A DNA stretch of 64,000 nucleotides from Planctomycetota bacterium (GTDB taxonomy: Bacteria; Planctomycetota; UBA8108; SXIK01), in assembly GCA_965223845.1 (NCBI GenBank), contig CBDCXR010000004.1:960001-1024000 (forward strand), read 5' to 3'. Made by a program: the position numbers and the translations under genes. The notes beneath the pieces were generated by a model. It worked only from the letters and a program-made list of their open reading frames with translations. It did not search any database and was not told where the DNA came from. Of the stretch, positions 47,848 through 61,802 are shown one piece after another; the stretch's first letter is position 1; the number at the start of each line of letters is the position of its first letter.

Positions 47848-47902
47848 AATCTCGCCGGTCGTCCGGTTAGTCTGCTCGCCCGTACAGGCCGCGGAGAAGA
47901 GC

Positions 47903-48397
47903 ATGTTTCGCGTCGGATTCGGAACGGACAACCATCGCCTCACGATCGGCCGACCGCTCTTCATCGGTGGGGTCGAGGTCGAGGCGCCGGTCGGAGCGGA
48001 CGCGCATAGCGACGGAGACGTTCTGCTCCATGCTCTCTGTGATGCGCTCTACGGCGCGGCGGGCCTCGGCGACATCGGCGACCACTTTCCCGATTCGGAT
48101 CCGCAGTGGCGTGGCCAAGCGAGCTCGCTCTTCGTCGAGCGTGCCGCCGAGGAGGTCGCGGCCGCCGGGTACGCGCTCGTGAACCTCGACGCGACCATCA
48201 CCCTCGAAAAGGTGAAGCTCGGCGCGGCGAAGCGCGAGATCGCGCGGAGTGTGCAGCGGATTCTCGCGCCGTTTTGGCCGCTTTCGGACGACGCAATCAA
48301 CGTCAAGGCGAAGACCAACGAGCGCTGCGATGCCATCGGCCGTGGTGAAGCGATCGCCGCTCAGGTTGCAGTGCTTCTCGAGAGACGCGAGGGATGA
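47903..48397 (+). CDS. ispF: 2-C-methyl-D-erythritol 2,4-cyclodiphosphate synthase
   Basis: GFGTDNH, HSDGDVLLHA, GDIGDHFPD and NVKAKTNE motifs. Confidence 0.94.
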   Translation: MFRVGFGTDNHRLTIGRPLFIGGVEVEAPVGADAHSDGDVLLHALCDALYGAAGLGDIGDHFPDSDPQWRGQASSLFVERAAEEVAAAGYALVNLDATITLEKVKLGAAKREIARSVQRILAPFWPLSDDAINVKAKTNERCDAIGRGEAIAAQVAVLLERREG

Positions 48398-49845
48398 CGC
48401 TTCAGCTCTACAACACGCTCACGAAGAAGAAGGAAGAGTTTCGCACGCTCGTTCCGGGTCGCGTGAAGATGTACAACTGCGGACCGACGGTCTACAGCTA
48501 CGCGCACATCGGCAACTTTGCGTCGTTCTTGATGGCCGATCTCCTCCGGCGGTACCTCGAGTACTCGGGGTACGAAGTCGATCAGATCATGAACATTACG
48601 GACGTCGGTCACCTCACCGAGGACGACGTCGCGGACGCGCAGGGAGAGGACAAGCTCGAAAAGGCCGCGCGCGAGCGCAAGGTCGATCCCTGGGAGATCG
48701 CGCGCGAGTTCGAGGACGCCTTCCATGACGATCGGCGGCGTCTCAATCTGCTCGAGGCCCGCGCCTACCCGCGCGCCACCGATCACATTCCGGAGATGCA
48801 GGCGATGATCGCCGAGCTCCTCGAGGTCGGTCTCGCGTACGAAGCCGGGGAGCAGGTCTACTTCGAGATCGCGAAGTTTCCGCCGTACGGAGTCCTGAGC
48901 GGCAACACGGTCGAGCAGCTCATGGCCGGGGCGCGGGTGGAGGAGGACGCGGCGAAGCGCAATCCACTCGACTTCACGCTGTGGAAAAAGGATCCGAAGC
49001 ACTTGATGAAATGGCCGAGCCCGTGGGGCGAGGGGTTTCCGGGCTGGCACATCGAATGTTCGGCGATGGCGCGGAAATACCTCGGCGACGTGATCGACGT
49101 TCACACCGGTGGAGAAGACAACATCTTCCCTCACCACGAGTGCGAGATCGCGCAATCTTCGAAGGGCGACGAATCGGTCTTCGCGCGGTACTGGCTCCAC
49201 CGGCGGCACATTCTCGTCGACGGAAAGAAGATGTCGAAGTCGGCGGGCAACTTCTACACGGTTCGCGACCTCCTCTCTCGGGGGTACGACGGCCTCGAGA
49301 TTCGCTACACGCTCCTCTCGGCTCACTACCGGTCGAACTCGAACTTCACGTTCCAGGGGCTCGACGACGCGCGGAAGAACTTGCGCTACCTCAGGCAGTT
49401 TCGGCGAGCGATGCAGGAACTGCCGGATGTTCCGGGCGAGGACGAGCTCGCCGCCGTCGAAGCGCTTCGGACGGAGCGCGACGCCGCGTTTCGCGCGGCG
49501 CTCGATGACGATCTCAACGTGTCGGGTGCGCTCGCTCAGGTGCACGACTTCTGTCGCGAGGCCTACCGCCGCTGCCAGACCTCCAAGGCGGGTGCGTCGG
49601 CGGTGGCCCAGCTCGAGAGCTGGGATCGGGTCCTGGGAGTCCTCGACCCGGTCGCGAGCGGAGGCGAGGCCGACTCTCCTGAGGGGCCGAGCGATGCCGA
49701 GATCGAAGCCGCTCTCGAGGCCCGGCGCACGGCGCGTGCACAGAAAGATTACGCCGCCGCAGACCGGATTCGGGACGAGCTCGCGGCGCTCGGAATCGTC
49801 ATCGAAGACCGTCCTGACGGCACGCGCTGGCACCGCGATGGATGA
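48394..49845 (+). CDS. cysS: Cysteine--tRNA ligase
   Basis: CGPTVY...HIGN, PGWHIECSAM, FPHHE and KMSKS motifs. Confidence 0.97.
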   Translation: MTLQLYNTLTKKKEEFRTLVPGRVKMYNCGPTVYSYAHIGNFASFLMADLLRRYLEYSGYEVDQIMNITDVGHLTEDDVADAQGEDKLEKAARERKVDPWEIAREFEDAFHDDRRRLNLLEARAYPRATDHIPEMQAMIAELLEVGLAYEAGEQVYFEIAKFPPYGVLSGNTVEQLMAGARVEEDAAKRNPLDFTLWKKDPKHLMKWPSPWGEGFPGWHIECSAMARKYLGDVIDVHTGGEDNIFPHHECEIAQSSKGDESVFARYWLHRRHILVDGKKMSKSAGNFYTVRDLLSRGYDGLEIRYTLLSAHYRSNSNFTFQGLDDARKNLRYLRQFRRAMQELPDVPGEDELAAVEALRTERDAAFRAALDDDLNVSGALAQVHDFCREAYRRCQTSKAGASAVAQLESWDRVLGVLDPVASGGEADSPEGPSDAEIEAALEARRTARAQKDYAAADRIRDELAALGIVIEDRPDGTRWHRDG

Positions 49846-49925
49846 GCGCGAGCGAGAGTCGTAAGCCTGCTCGAGGCAACGGTTTGTGCCGGATCTCGCC
49901 CCGTCGCTCATTTGGCCTTTTTTCG

Positions 49926-49953
49926 TTGCAAGGCATCCGGCCGTAAGTATAAT
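49926..49953 (+). promoter_or_regulatory. Sigma70-type promoter of the tRNA-tuf operon
   Basis: TTGCAA-N16-TATAAT, 30 nt upstream of tRNA-Thr, with a T-rich upstream tract. Confidence 0.7.
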
Positions 49954-49983
49954 CTCCCGACTTTACGCCGAAACCGGAACCGT

Positions 49984-50055
<72 letters not shown>

Positions 50056-50197
50056 CTCGGAATGCGGCGCACTTACGCGCGGTGGGGGGCGTAGCGGGCC
50101 CGGTCAGCGCGACGCGGCGGTGGCTCCATCTCTCGCAACTCGAGGCGCGCGAGACGGAGTCGAACCGGCGTCGAACGATCCGGCCGAAGCGCGTCCG

Positions 50198-50209
50198 TGC
50201 TCTTTGATA
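50198..50209 (+). promoter_or_regulatory. boxA-like antitermination element
   Basis: TGCTCTTTGATA matches rrn boxA TGCTCTTTAACA at 10 of 12 positions. Confidence 0.45.
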
Positions 50210-50325
50210 TTTCTGATCTGGCCGTCTGAAATCGCCGAACCAAGCGTCTTCGACGCTTGAGCGGTCGCCTCCCGTTTCACGCCACCAACGGCGCTGCGGT
50301 GATCCGACCGGCGACGGTTCGAATC

Positions 50326-50410
50326 GCGCTAGTTGAGCCAGAACTAGCTGGGCCAGAACTAGTTGGATGAGAACTAGTTGGATCAGAATCAGTTGAATAG
50401 AAATCGTTGG
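50326..50410 (+). repeat. Degenerate 15-bp tandem repeat (about 6 units, core AACTAGTT)
   Basis: Units: gcgctagttgagcca / gaactagctgggcca / gaactagttggatga / gaactagttggatca / gaatcagttgaata / gaaatcgttgg. Confidence 0.85.
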
Positions 50411-50492
50411 GCAGGTGCCCGAGCGGCCAAAGGGGACGGGCTGTAAACCCGTTGCGCAAGCTTCAGTGGTTCGAATCCACTCCTGCCCACCA
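50409..50492 (+). tRNA. tRNA-Tyr(GTA)
   Basis: gggcagg...acgggctGTAaacccgt, long variable arm, ggttcgaatcc, cctgcccaCCA. Confidence 0.96.
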
Positions 50493-50555
50493 TCCTGCGA
50501 TCTCGTCCCGATCGCCGCGTGTTGTCTCCATCTCGACGCGCGGAAACTCGATTGT

Positions 50556-50629
50556 GCGGGTGTAGCTTAGTGGTAAAGCACCAGCCTTCCAAGCTGGCTA
50601 TGAGGGTTCGATTCCCTTCACCCGCTCCA
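50556..50629 (+). tRNA. tRNA-Gly(TCC)
   Basis: gcgggtgtagcttagtggtaaagcaccagcctTCCaagctgg...ggttcgattcc...cacccgctCCA. Confidence 0.96.
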
Positions 50630-50970
50630 GTTCGACCGAGGCCGATCGCGGCGCGATCCGAGGTGTCCCGGCGAAGGCGACTTCGTCTCGATGCTGCTTC
50701 GGGCGGGAGTCCAGGCGGTACGAGGCCGGCGCTCGAGGAGGTGGGACTCGCGGCTCGTAACGCGACCGCGCCTCGATCCCCATCGGTGACGAGCCGGATG
50801 TTTTCGGCCGGTTTAGTGTGGCCACGTCGGAATCGCGCCGATAAATCTTAGTCGACCGAGCGATCGGAGCATCGGGCTCCGCGCGGCGGCGGGTCGCTCC
50901 GAGTGAGTCGGTCCGCTGCGTCGCGTCGGTATCGCAAACCCCCCGCGACTTTGTCGCGGCTCAGTTCTGT

Positions 50971-51046
<76 letters not shown>

Positions 51047-51375
51047 GTTTCGACCATTGTTTAAGTTTGAGTGTCTCGTCTCGCGGCGAGAAGTCGTCGC
51101 CGAGCGCGATCGACTCCCGCAGTCGTTCTTGCAGTAACCGCTGTTCGCCATCGAGACCGAAGCCGATCGTCTTCCGGCGCGCTCGCGGCGCGAGCGCATC
51201 GAGGCGCGTTCGTTTCGGCTTCGCCCGACGGGTGCCTGCAGGTGCGTCCGCGGGGGGGCTCGAGCGTCGGTAACCGTAAGAAGCGCGTTGGCCCGGGGCG
51301 CGAACCGCCGTCAGGCGGCGTACCCGGCGAGAGAGGCGGCCGTGCGGCCAGCCGAAAAAAGGAGTTCGCCAGACC

Positions 51376-52566
51376 ATGGCAAAGGAAGAATTTGTTCGAA
51401 ATAAGCCCCACGTGAACATCGGCACGATCGGCCACGTCGACCACGGAAAGACGACTTTGACCGCTGCGATTACGCAGGTGCTGGCCGCGCGCGGACTCTC
51501 GAAAGAGAAGAGTTTCGAAGAGATCGATAACGCTCCCGAAGAGCGCGAGCGCGGAATCACGATCAACACGGCGCACGTCGAGTACGAGACGGCGAACCGC
51601 CACTACGCGCACGTCGACTGCCCGGGACACGCGGACTACGTGAAGAACATGGTGACCGGAGCGGCGCAGATGGACGGGGCGATCCTCGTAGTCAGCGCGG
51701 CGGACGGCCCGATGCCGCAGACGCGCGAGCACATTCTTCTCGCCCGTCAGGTCGGCGTGCCTCGTATCGTCTGCTTCATGAACAAGTGCGACGTCGTCGA
51801 CGACGAAGAGCTGCTCGAGCTCGTCGAGCTCGAAGTGCGTGAGCTCCTTTCGAAGTACGAGTTCCCGGGCGACGACCTTCCGGTCATCAAGGGCTCGGCG
51901 CTCCAGGCGCTCGAGAACCCGACCGACGAAGGGAAGTCGCAGTGCGTCATGGATCTCATGGATGCGGTCGACGACTACATCCCCGAGCCGAAGCGCGACG
52001 TTGATCAGCCCTTCCTGATGCCGGTCGAGGACGTCTTCAGCATCAAGGGGCGTGGGACGGTCGGCACGGGGCGGATCGAGCGCGGGCGTATCAGCACCGG
52101 TGACGAGGTCGATATCGTCGGCATGGAGGAGGAGATTCGAAAGACGACCGTGACCGGCGTCGAGATGTTCAACAAGACGCTGTCCGACGGGCAGGCCGGC
52201 GACAACGTTGGACTCCTTCTCCGCGGCGTCGACAAGAAGGATCTCGTCCGCGGACAGGTCCTCGCGAAGCCGGGAAGCATCACGCCGCACACGCACTTCG
52301 AATCGGAAGTCTACGTTCTGACGAAGGAAGAGGGAGGACGGCACACACCGTTCTTCTCCGGCTATCGGCCGCAGTTCTTCTTCCGTACCACCGACGTGAC
52401 GGGCTCCATCGAGCTCAAGGGTGCGGAGATGTGCATGCCGGGCGACAACGTGACGATGATCATCAAGCTCATCACCCCGATCGCATGCGAGCAGGGGCTG
52501 CGGTTCGCGATCCGCGAGGGCGGTCGGACCGTCGGCGCGGGGGTTGTGGGCAAGGTGATCGAGTAG
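51376..52566 (+). CDS. tuf: Elongation factor Tu
   Basis: [21 protein letters not shown] and [14 protein letters not shown] motifs; AAGGAG RBS. Confidence 0.99.
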   Translation: MAKEEFVRNKPHVNIGTIGHVDHGKTTLTAAITQVLAARGLSKEKSFEEIDNAPEERERGITINTAHVEYETANRHYAHVDCPGHADYVKNMVTGAAQMDGAILVVSAADGPMPQTREHILLARQVGVPRIVCFMNKCDVVDDEELLELVELEVRELLSKYEFPGDDLPVIKGSALQALENPTDEGKSQCVMDLMDAVDDYIPEPKRDVDQPFLMPVEDVFSIKGRGTVGTGRIERGRISTGDEVDIVGMEEEIRKTTVTGVEMFNKTLSDGQAGDNVGLLLRGVDKKDLVRGQVLAKPGSITPHTHFESEVYVLTKEEGGRHTPFFSGYRPQFFFRTTDVTGSIELKGAEMCMPGDNVTMIIKLITPIACEQGLRFAIREGGRTVGAGVVGKVIE

Positions 52567-52687
52567 TACGATCGCCGGACCGCGTCGGGGGAGAGACGCG
52601 CCGGGCCGTGCCGCCGAGCAAACCGGCGGGGGGCGGCTCGGCGCGTCTCTCGTTCGCGCGCGGAAACGCCGGCCGATGCCTCGCTCC

Positions 52688-52763
52688 AGGCCAGTAGTTC
52701 AATTGGTAGAGCAGCGGATTCCAAATCCGCAAGTTGGGGGTTCGAGTCCCTCCTGGCCTGCCA
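52688..52763 (+). tRNA. tRNA-Trp(CCA)
   Basis: aggccagtagttcaattggtagagcagcggattCCAaatccgc...ggttcgagtcc...ctggcctgCCA. Confidence 0.96.
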
Positions 52764-52979
52764 AGCTCCTCGCATGAATATCGGAGCGTTGTTCCGCCGG
52801 GGGGAATCGCCGGCCAGTGCGGTTCGCGATCCAGTCGGAAGAGCCGTACGGACGAAGAACGAGAGAGGCGCCGCCGCCCGGCGGCCCGTCGAGCTCGAAT
52901 CGACCGAGCTCGGATGACCGGCCCCGCCGGGCCGAGAGTGAGAATCGAACGATCAGATCCAGCTTCTGAGGGAACTCTC

Positions 52980-53396
52980 GTGTGGAAGATCTATAAGGAA
53001 GGACAGGGGAAGTGGGCGCGCGGATTCCTCATGTTCATCGTCGGGATCGGAGCGCTCTACCTCGTCAGGATCGTCCACGACCTGCTGGGTGAGTCGGCCG
53101 AGCCCTGGACGGTCTTCGGTTGGGCGTTTGACTATCGCTGGCTGATCACCGCGCCGCTCCTGCTCGGGGCCGTCGCATTCGGGGTCTGGTTGTTCAATCA
53201 CCAAAAGACGGTCGACTTCCTGATCGATACCGAGAGCGAGCTCAAAACCAAGGTGACGTGGCCCACCAAAGAAGAAGAGATCAACGCTTCGGTTGTGGTT
53301 TGCGTGACCGTGATTATCATGATGATCTGGATCGTCATCTGGGATACGGCGTTTTCCTTCATGCGTGGGTTGATCTACCCCGAGGGCGGAGCCTGA
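52980..53396 (+). CDS. secE: Preprotein translocase subunit SecE (3-TM type)
   Basis: IYKEGQG.W.R and DFLIDTESELKTKVTWPT motifs; synteny between tRNA-Trp and nusG. Confidence 0.9.
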   Translation: MWKIYKEGQGKWARGFLMFIVGIGALYLVRIVHDLLGESAEPWTVFGWAFDYRWLITAPLLLGAVAFGVWLFNHQKTVDFLIDTESELKTKVTWPTKEEEINASVVVCVTVIIMMIWIVIWDTAFSFMRGLIYPEGGA

Positions 53397-53743
53397 TACT
53401 CATTCCAGTGGCGTCTCCGGTCGTACGCGCTTCCACGCCGAACGGCGATCGGGCGCGATCGACACGAACGACAAAGTGGTGAAATCCGGCGGCCGTCTCG
53501 GGCGCCGAAACGTCGGAGCAGAGAAGGGGGGCGCCGCGTAGCTCACGCTGTGCGGCCGCGTCGGGTCCGACGCCGACCGGCGGATGCGCCGGTGCCGGCA
53601 CGACCAATGGCAGCCTCTCGAGACCGGGGGACGGGAGCCGAACCCCGTCGTCTCCCCTTGCCCCGCTGCCTCGCCTCCGGATCCCCGAATCTTTTTGCGA
53701 GGGGCGTCGAACCCGAGTGTTCACGCCCCTTCGGAAGGAAGAC

Positions 53744-54295
53744 ATGGTGAAACCAAGCACACCCGCGTCTCTCGAGTGGTACGTGCTCCGCGTGGCCAGC
53801 GGACGCGAGTCCACGCTGCGCGACGCCCTCCTCAAGAAGATCCAGCTCCGCGGCCTCGAAGAGTCAGTGCCGACGGTGCTCGTTCCCACCGAGAAGGTGT
53901 CGGAGATCAAGGGCGGGAAGAAGCGCTTCCGCGAGCGGAAGCTCTATCCCGGCTACATCATCGTCGAAATGGATCTCAACGACGACGTGTGGTACCTGCT
54001 CAAGGAGACGAACGGAATCGGTGATTTCGTCGGCTCGCAGCAGCGTCCGCTCCCCCTTCCTCCGGAAGAGGTCGAGAAGATCCTCAACACGATGAAGGAC
54101 AAGGACGAGGCCCCGGAGGTCAAGATCGACCTCGAGCCGGGCAACGGCGTGAAGATCAAGGAAGGTCCCTTCGAGAACTTCGATGGCACCGTCGACGAGA
54201 TCTTCCCCGCGAAGGGACAGGTGCGGGTGATCGTCACGATTTTTGGTAGAGCGACCCCGGTAGATTTGGAATACTGGCAGGTCGAAAAAATCTGA
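53744..54295 (+). CDS. nusG: Transcription termination/antitermination factor NusG
   Basis: WYVLRVASGRE, KLYPGY and KOW motif VKIKEGPFENFDG...IFGRATPV. Confidence 0.97.
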   Translation: MVKPSTPASLEWYVLRVASGRESTLRDALLKKIQLRGLEESVPTVLVPTEKVSEIKGGKKRFRERKLYPGYIIVEMDLNDDVWYLLKETNGIGDFVGSQQRPLPLPPEEVEKILNTMKDKDEAPEVKIDLEPGNGVKIKEGPFENFDGTVDEIFPAKGQVRVIVTIFGRATPVDLEYWQVEKI

Positions 54296-54399
54296 GCCTC
54301 AGCCGGTAGTAAGCCTCGGTACGGCTCGAGCTCCGGTACGAATTGAACTCCAGCACGGATTGAGTCCGGCCGACCACCGACACGAGCGGGTGACCCCCT

Positions 54400-54837
54400 A
54401 TGCCTCCGAAGAAGGAAGTCAAAGCCAAGATCAAGCTGCAGATTCCAGGTGGTCAAGCCACGCCGGCACCGCCGGTGGGCCCGGCGCTCGGACAGCACGG
54501 CGTCAACATTGGCGAGTTCGTCTCGGCGTTCAACGAGCGGACGCGTGAGATGCAGGGCACCACGATCCCGGTCGAGCTCTTCGTCTACCCGGACCGGACG
54601 TTCGATTTTGACCTCAAGTCGCCGCCCGCGGCGGTTTTAGTGCGGCAGGCGGTCGGGCTCGCGAAGGGGGCGAACAACCCGGGGAAGGAGACCGTGGGAT
54701 CGATTCAGCGGGCGCAACTCGAAGAGATCGCGAAGACGAAGATGGCCGACCTGAACGCGGCGGATCTCGACGGCGCCGTCCGAATGATCGAGGGAACCTG
54801 CCGCAGCATGGGCGTCACGGTCGAAGGCGGGTCCTGA
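54400..54837 (+). CDS. rplK: 50S ribosomal protein L11
   Basis: [21 protein letters not shown] and KM.DLNA...GTCRSMG motifs. Confidence 0.98.
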   Translation: MPPKKEVKAKIKLQIPGGQATPAPPVGPALGQHGVNIGEFVSAFNERTREMQGTTIPVELFVYPDRTFDFDLKSPPAAVLVRQAVGLAKGANNPGKETVGSIQRAQLEEIAKTKMADLNAADLDGAVRMIEGTCRSMGVTVEGGS

Positions 54838-55288
54838 CGTCTGCTCGCCGAGGCCCCGGATGGGTGCCTCGGGCGGACACGGATGCTCGGCGGGGCCGAG
54901 GTCGGGTGGGTCCGCCTCACCCGAACGGCCGACCGACTTTTTCTCAGAGTACGTATTGATTTCCCCTGGACACCGGGCTAAAAGTGTCCGTTTGGTCCGG
55001 CGGCACGGACTCCCCCCGGCTTCGCAAGCCGAAACTGGGCGGTGGCCTCGGGTCGTCGAGATCGCGGGGACGGTCACGGCGCGGGATGCCGTGTGGGACG
55101 GAGGAGTCCGCGGACGTCGAGAACTCGGGGACACCGAGCGTTCGGGCCTGAACTCGTTTCCCGCTCTCGCTCGCCGTCGTGAGCTTGAACACGCCGGCGC
55201 TTGGAGAGACGGGTTTCCGGATCGCGTACCGAACGAGCGACGCTCCGCACTCTAGGACACCGCGGCGGACGCCGGTTGGCGTGCCGCA

Positions 55289-55317
55289 CGTGGGAGAAAA
55301 CCCGGTTGAGCTCCACG
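55289..55317 (+). promoter_or_regulatory. Possible L1-binding autoregulatory RNA element
   Basis: cgtgg-GAG...ccacg stem with a GGGAG internal-loop pattern, upstream of rplA. Confidence 0.35.
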
Positions 55318-55399
55318 CTGGAAGTGTGCGTACGACGTGTTCGGCGTCGTGCCGAACGCGAGAAAGCGAGAGCCTCGGCGTACGGAAGGTTTTCGACGC

Positions 55400-56077
55400 A
55401 TGGCGAGAAACTCTAAAAAACTCGAACGAAACAAGATCAAGCGACCGGCGGGTCCGCTCGCGATTCCGGATGCGGTCGAGCTCGTGCTCAACTTCGAGGG
55501 CGCGAAGTTCGACGAGACGGTCGAGCTCGCGGTCAAGCTCGGAATCGATCCCAAGAAACAGGCGCTCCGCGGCGCGGTCTCACTCCCGCACGGAATCGGG
55601 AAGACCGTGCGCGTGATCGCGTTCGCCGAGGGCGACGCGGCGACGGCGGCGACCGACGCCGGCGCGGCCGAGGTCGGCGGCGAAGAGCTGGCTAAGAAGA
55701 TCATGGACGGTTGGCTCGACTTCGACGTCGCGATCGCGCACCCCGCGATGATGCGTCACGTGGGAAAGCTCGGACGAGTGCTCGGGCCGCACGGGAAGAT
55801 GCCGTCGCCGAAATCGGGGACCGTCACCGACAACGTCGGCCAGGCAGTTCGGGATTTCGTCGCCGGCAAGATCGAGTTTCGGGCGGACGACGGCGGTAAC
55901 GTCCACGCTCCCGTGGGGAAGAAGTCATTCAAGCGCGACCAATTGGTGGAGAACATTCGGGCGTTCCTCGACCACCTCGTTTCGATCAAGCCCGCGGCGG
56001 CGAAGGGAGTGTACCTCCAGAAGGCGGCGATCTCCGCGACCATGAGTCCCGGCGTCCCGCTCGTCCTGTCGGCGTAA
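55400..56077 (+). CDS. rplA: 50S ribosomal protein L1
   Basis: [32 protein letters not shown] and TMSPG motifs. Confidence 0.98.
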   Translation: MARNSKKLERNKIKRPAGPLAIPDAVELVLNFEGAKFDETVELAVKLGIDPKKQALRGAVSLPHGIGKTVRVIAFAEGDAATAATDAGAAEVGGEELAKKIMDGWLDFDVAIAHPAMMRHVGKLGRVLGPHGKMPSPKSGTVTDNVGQAVRDFVAGKIEFRADDGGNVHAPVGKKSFKRDQLVENIRAFLDHLVSIKPAAAKGVYLQKAAISATMSPGVPLVLSA

Positions 56078-56206
56078 GCCGGCATCTCGAAGTCGGCTCG
56101 GGCCGCTCCGGATTGGAGCGGGACGCGAGCCCGGGCGACGAGACGGCCGCGGTCGGCTCGCCCGTGGATCCCGCGGGAAATCCACTGACGATAGCGTGAA
56201 ACGACG

Positions 56207-56728
56207 ATGGCAAAAGAACTCAAAAACCTGATTTGCGACGATCTGCGGCGCGCGTTCTCCGATCTCGACGGTTGCGTCCTGATCGACTACCGCGGACTCA
56301 ACGCGGAACAAACCGTCGATCTCCGGTCTGTGCTCCGCGAGTCCGGTGTGCGGATGAATGTCGTTCGAAACCGTCTCGCGCGGCGCGTGCTCGCAGAGAT
56401 GGGAGCGCCCGACGACTTCTGCGACCAGCTTCGTGGACCGATCGCGGTTCTATTCGGAGGGGACGGAGCGTTCACGGCGTCGAAGGGCGTCGCGAAATGG
56501 CGGAAGAAGAACCGCGACCTCGCCGAGATTCGCGGGGGCCTCTTTCAGGGGCGTGCGCTGACGCCCGAAGACGTCGGTCGACTCGCCGATATTCCCGAGC
56601 CGGACGTCCTGCGGGCGACTCTGGCCGCGACCTTCATGTCGCCGCTCACGCACCTCAGCTCGTGCGCGCAGAGTCTCGTCTCTCATCTGGCGGGTTGCGC
56701 GAAAGCGCAGCACGAGGCCGCGAGCTGA
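56207..56728 (+). CDS. rplJ: 50S ribosomal protein L10
   Basis: DYRGL.....DLR, V.RNRLA and L.GP motifs; synteny. Confidence 0.93.
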   Translation: MAKELKNLICDDLRRAFSDLDGCVLIDYRGLNAEQTVDLRSVLRESGVRMNVVRNRLARRVLAEMGAPDDFCDQLRGPIAVLFGGDGAFTASKGVAKWRKKNRDLAEIRGGLFQGRALTPEDVGRLADIPEPDVLRATLAATFMSPLTHLSSCAQSLVSHLAGCAKAQHEAAS

Positions 56729-56943
56729 GCGTCATGAATCTCCGGGAAGAGGGAACGAGGGGAATCCGAACGTAAGCGAAAGTGACCGCGCTCGGCAGCG
56801 GCGCAATCGGTCGACGTTGACGCCGACCGACAGCATGAGAAAACCGGACCGTCGAGAAACTGGGACCGTCGCGAGTGCGTCCCGGTCGACCTCGGTGGTG
56901 AACGACGAAACGAGTGAAATCGAACCAAGGAGCGTCGTAAACG

Positions 56944-57351
56944 ATGAGCGAAGAAGCCACCGAAACCAAAACCTACAGCGAGAAGGTCACCCAGATCGTC
57001 GACCTCTTTCTGGACCTGAACGTGATGGAGCTCCTCGAGCTTCAGGACGCCCTCGAGGCGAAGGGCATCAAGCCAGCGGCGGCGGCGGCCGTCGCCGTGG
57101 CGGGCCCGGCCGGCGGCGGCGAAGCCGCGGCTGAGGAGAAGACCACGTTCGACGTGATTCTGAAGAGTGGCGGCGGGAACAAGATCCCCGTCATCAAGGA
57201 GGTCCGTGCGATTACGAGCCTCGGCCTCAAGGAGGCGAAGGCTCTGGTCGACGGCGCGCCGAAGCCGGTCAAGGAAGGCGTGCCGAAGGAAGAAGCCGAG
57301 AAGATCAAGGCGCAGCTCGAAGAGGCGGGGGCCGAAGTCGAGCTGCAGTGA
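56944..57351 (+). CDS. rplL: 50S ribosomal protein L7/L12
   Basis: [31 protein letters not shown] and LEEAGA motifs. Confidence 0.98.
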   Translation: MSEEATETKTYSEKVTQIVDLFLDLNVMELLELQDALEAKGIKPAAAAAVAVAGPAGGGEAAAEEKTTFDVILKSGGGNKIPVIKEVRAITSLGLKEAKALVDGAPKPVKEGVPKEEAEKIKAQLEEAGAEVELQ

Positions 57352-57836
57352 GTTCGATGGTTTCGCCGCCCCGACGGTCGATGGACGCTGGCCGCGAGTT
57401 TCGGCCGCAGCCGGTTTCCTTCGACCGGGAGAGCTCAGCGCGGCGGCGGAAACGGTGTCGGCGTCGTCTGCGCGGGCGTTCCGCGCGGCGGTCATTCGAG
57501 CTCGGATTGGCGGAGGGGTGAAGGAGAGGAGTCGGAGCGGCGCATCCGGGTGCCGCGGCGAGATCGACCGGCGCAGCGCGAGCGCGCGCGTGGGATCGGT
57601 GCCGAGCGGTTCAGACGAGCGAGCTGAGGCGCCTCGGTTCGGAACCAAGGACGCCGCTGTTCGCCGGGGTTTTTCGCCGAGCCCTACCGTCGATTCCCGC
57701 GGAGCCGAAATCGAGTGCACGAGAGCGAACGAGTGGAGTGCGGGATGACCGCTGCCCCGGACCGGCAGCGCAGTCGCAGCATACGTAACGGGTGCCCGGA
57801 AGAGCGAGTCGGCCGTACCCGAGGGAGGTTTCGTCG

Positions 57837-61658
<3,822 letters not shown>

Positions 61659-61802
61659 CGTGCCCGGTCGGAGCGCGGGCGGATCGGATTTCGATCCCGC
61701 GCGCTCCGATCGCGGCAACCGCAACATTTTCTGACGAAAGACCGCCGCGCGCTTGACGACGAGCGCGCGCGAGTGAACGACGATCCACTAGAGGAGTCTT
61801 CC

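Noticed and set aside
50326-50410. Possible mini-CRISPR array
   Set aside because: Units are 15 bp and contiguous with no unique spacers, and there are no cas genes.
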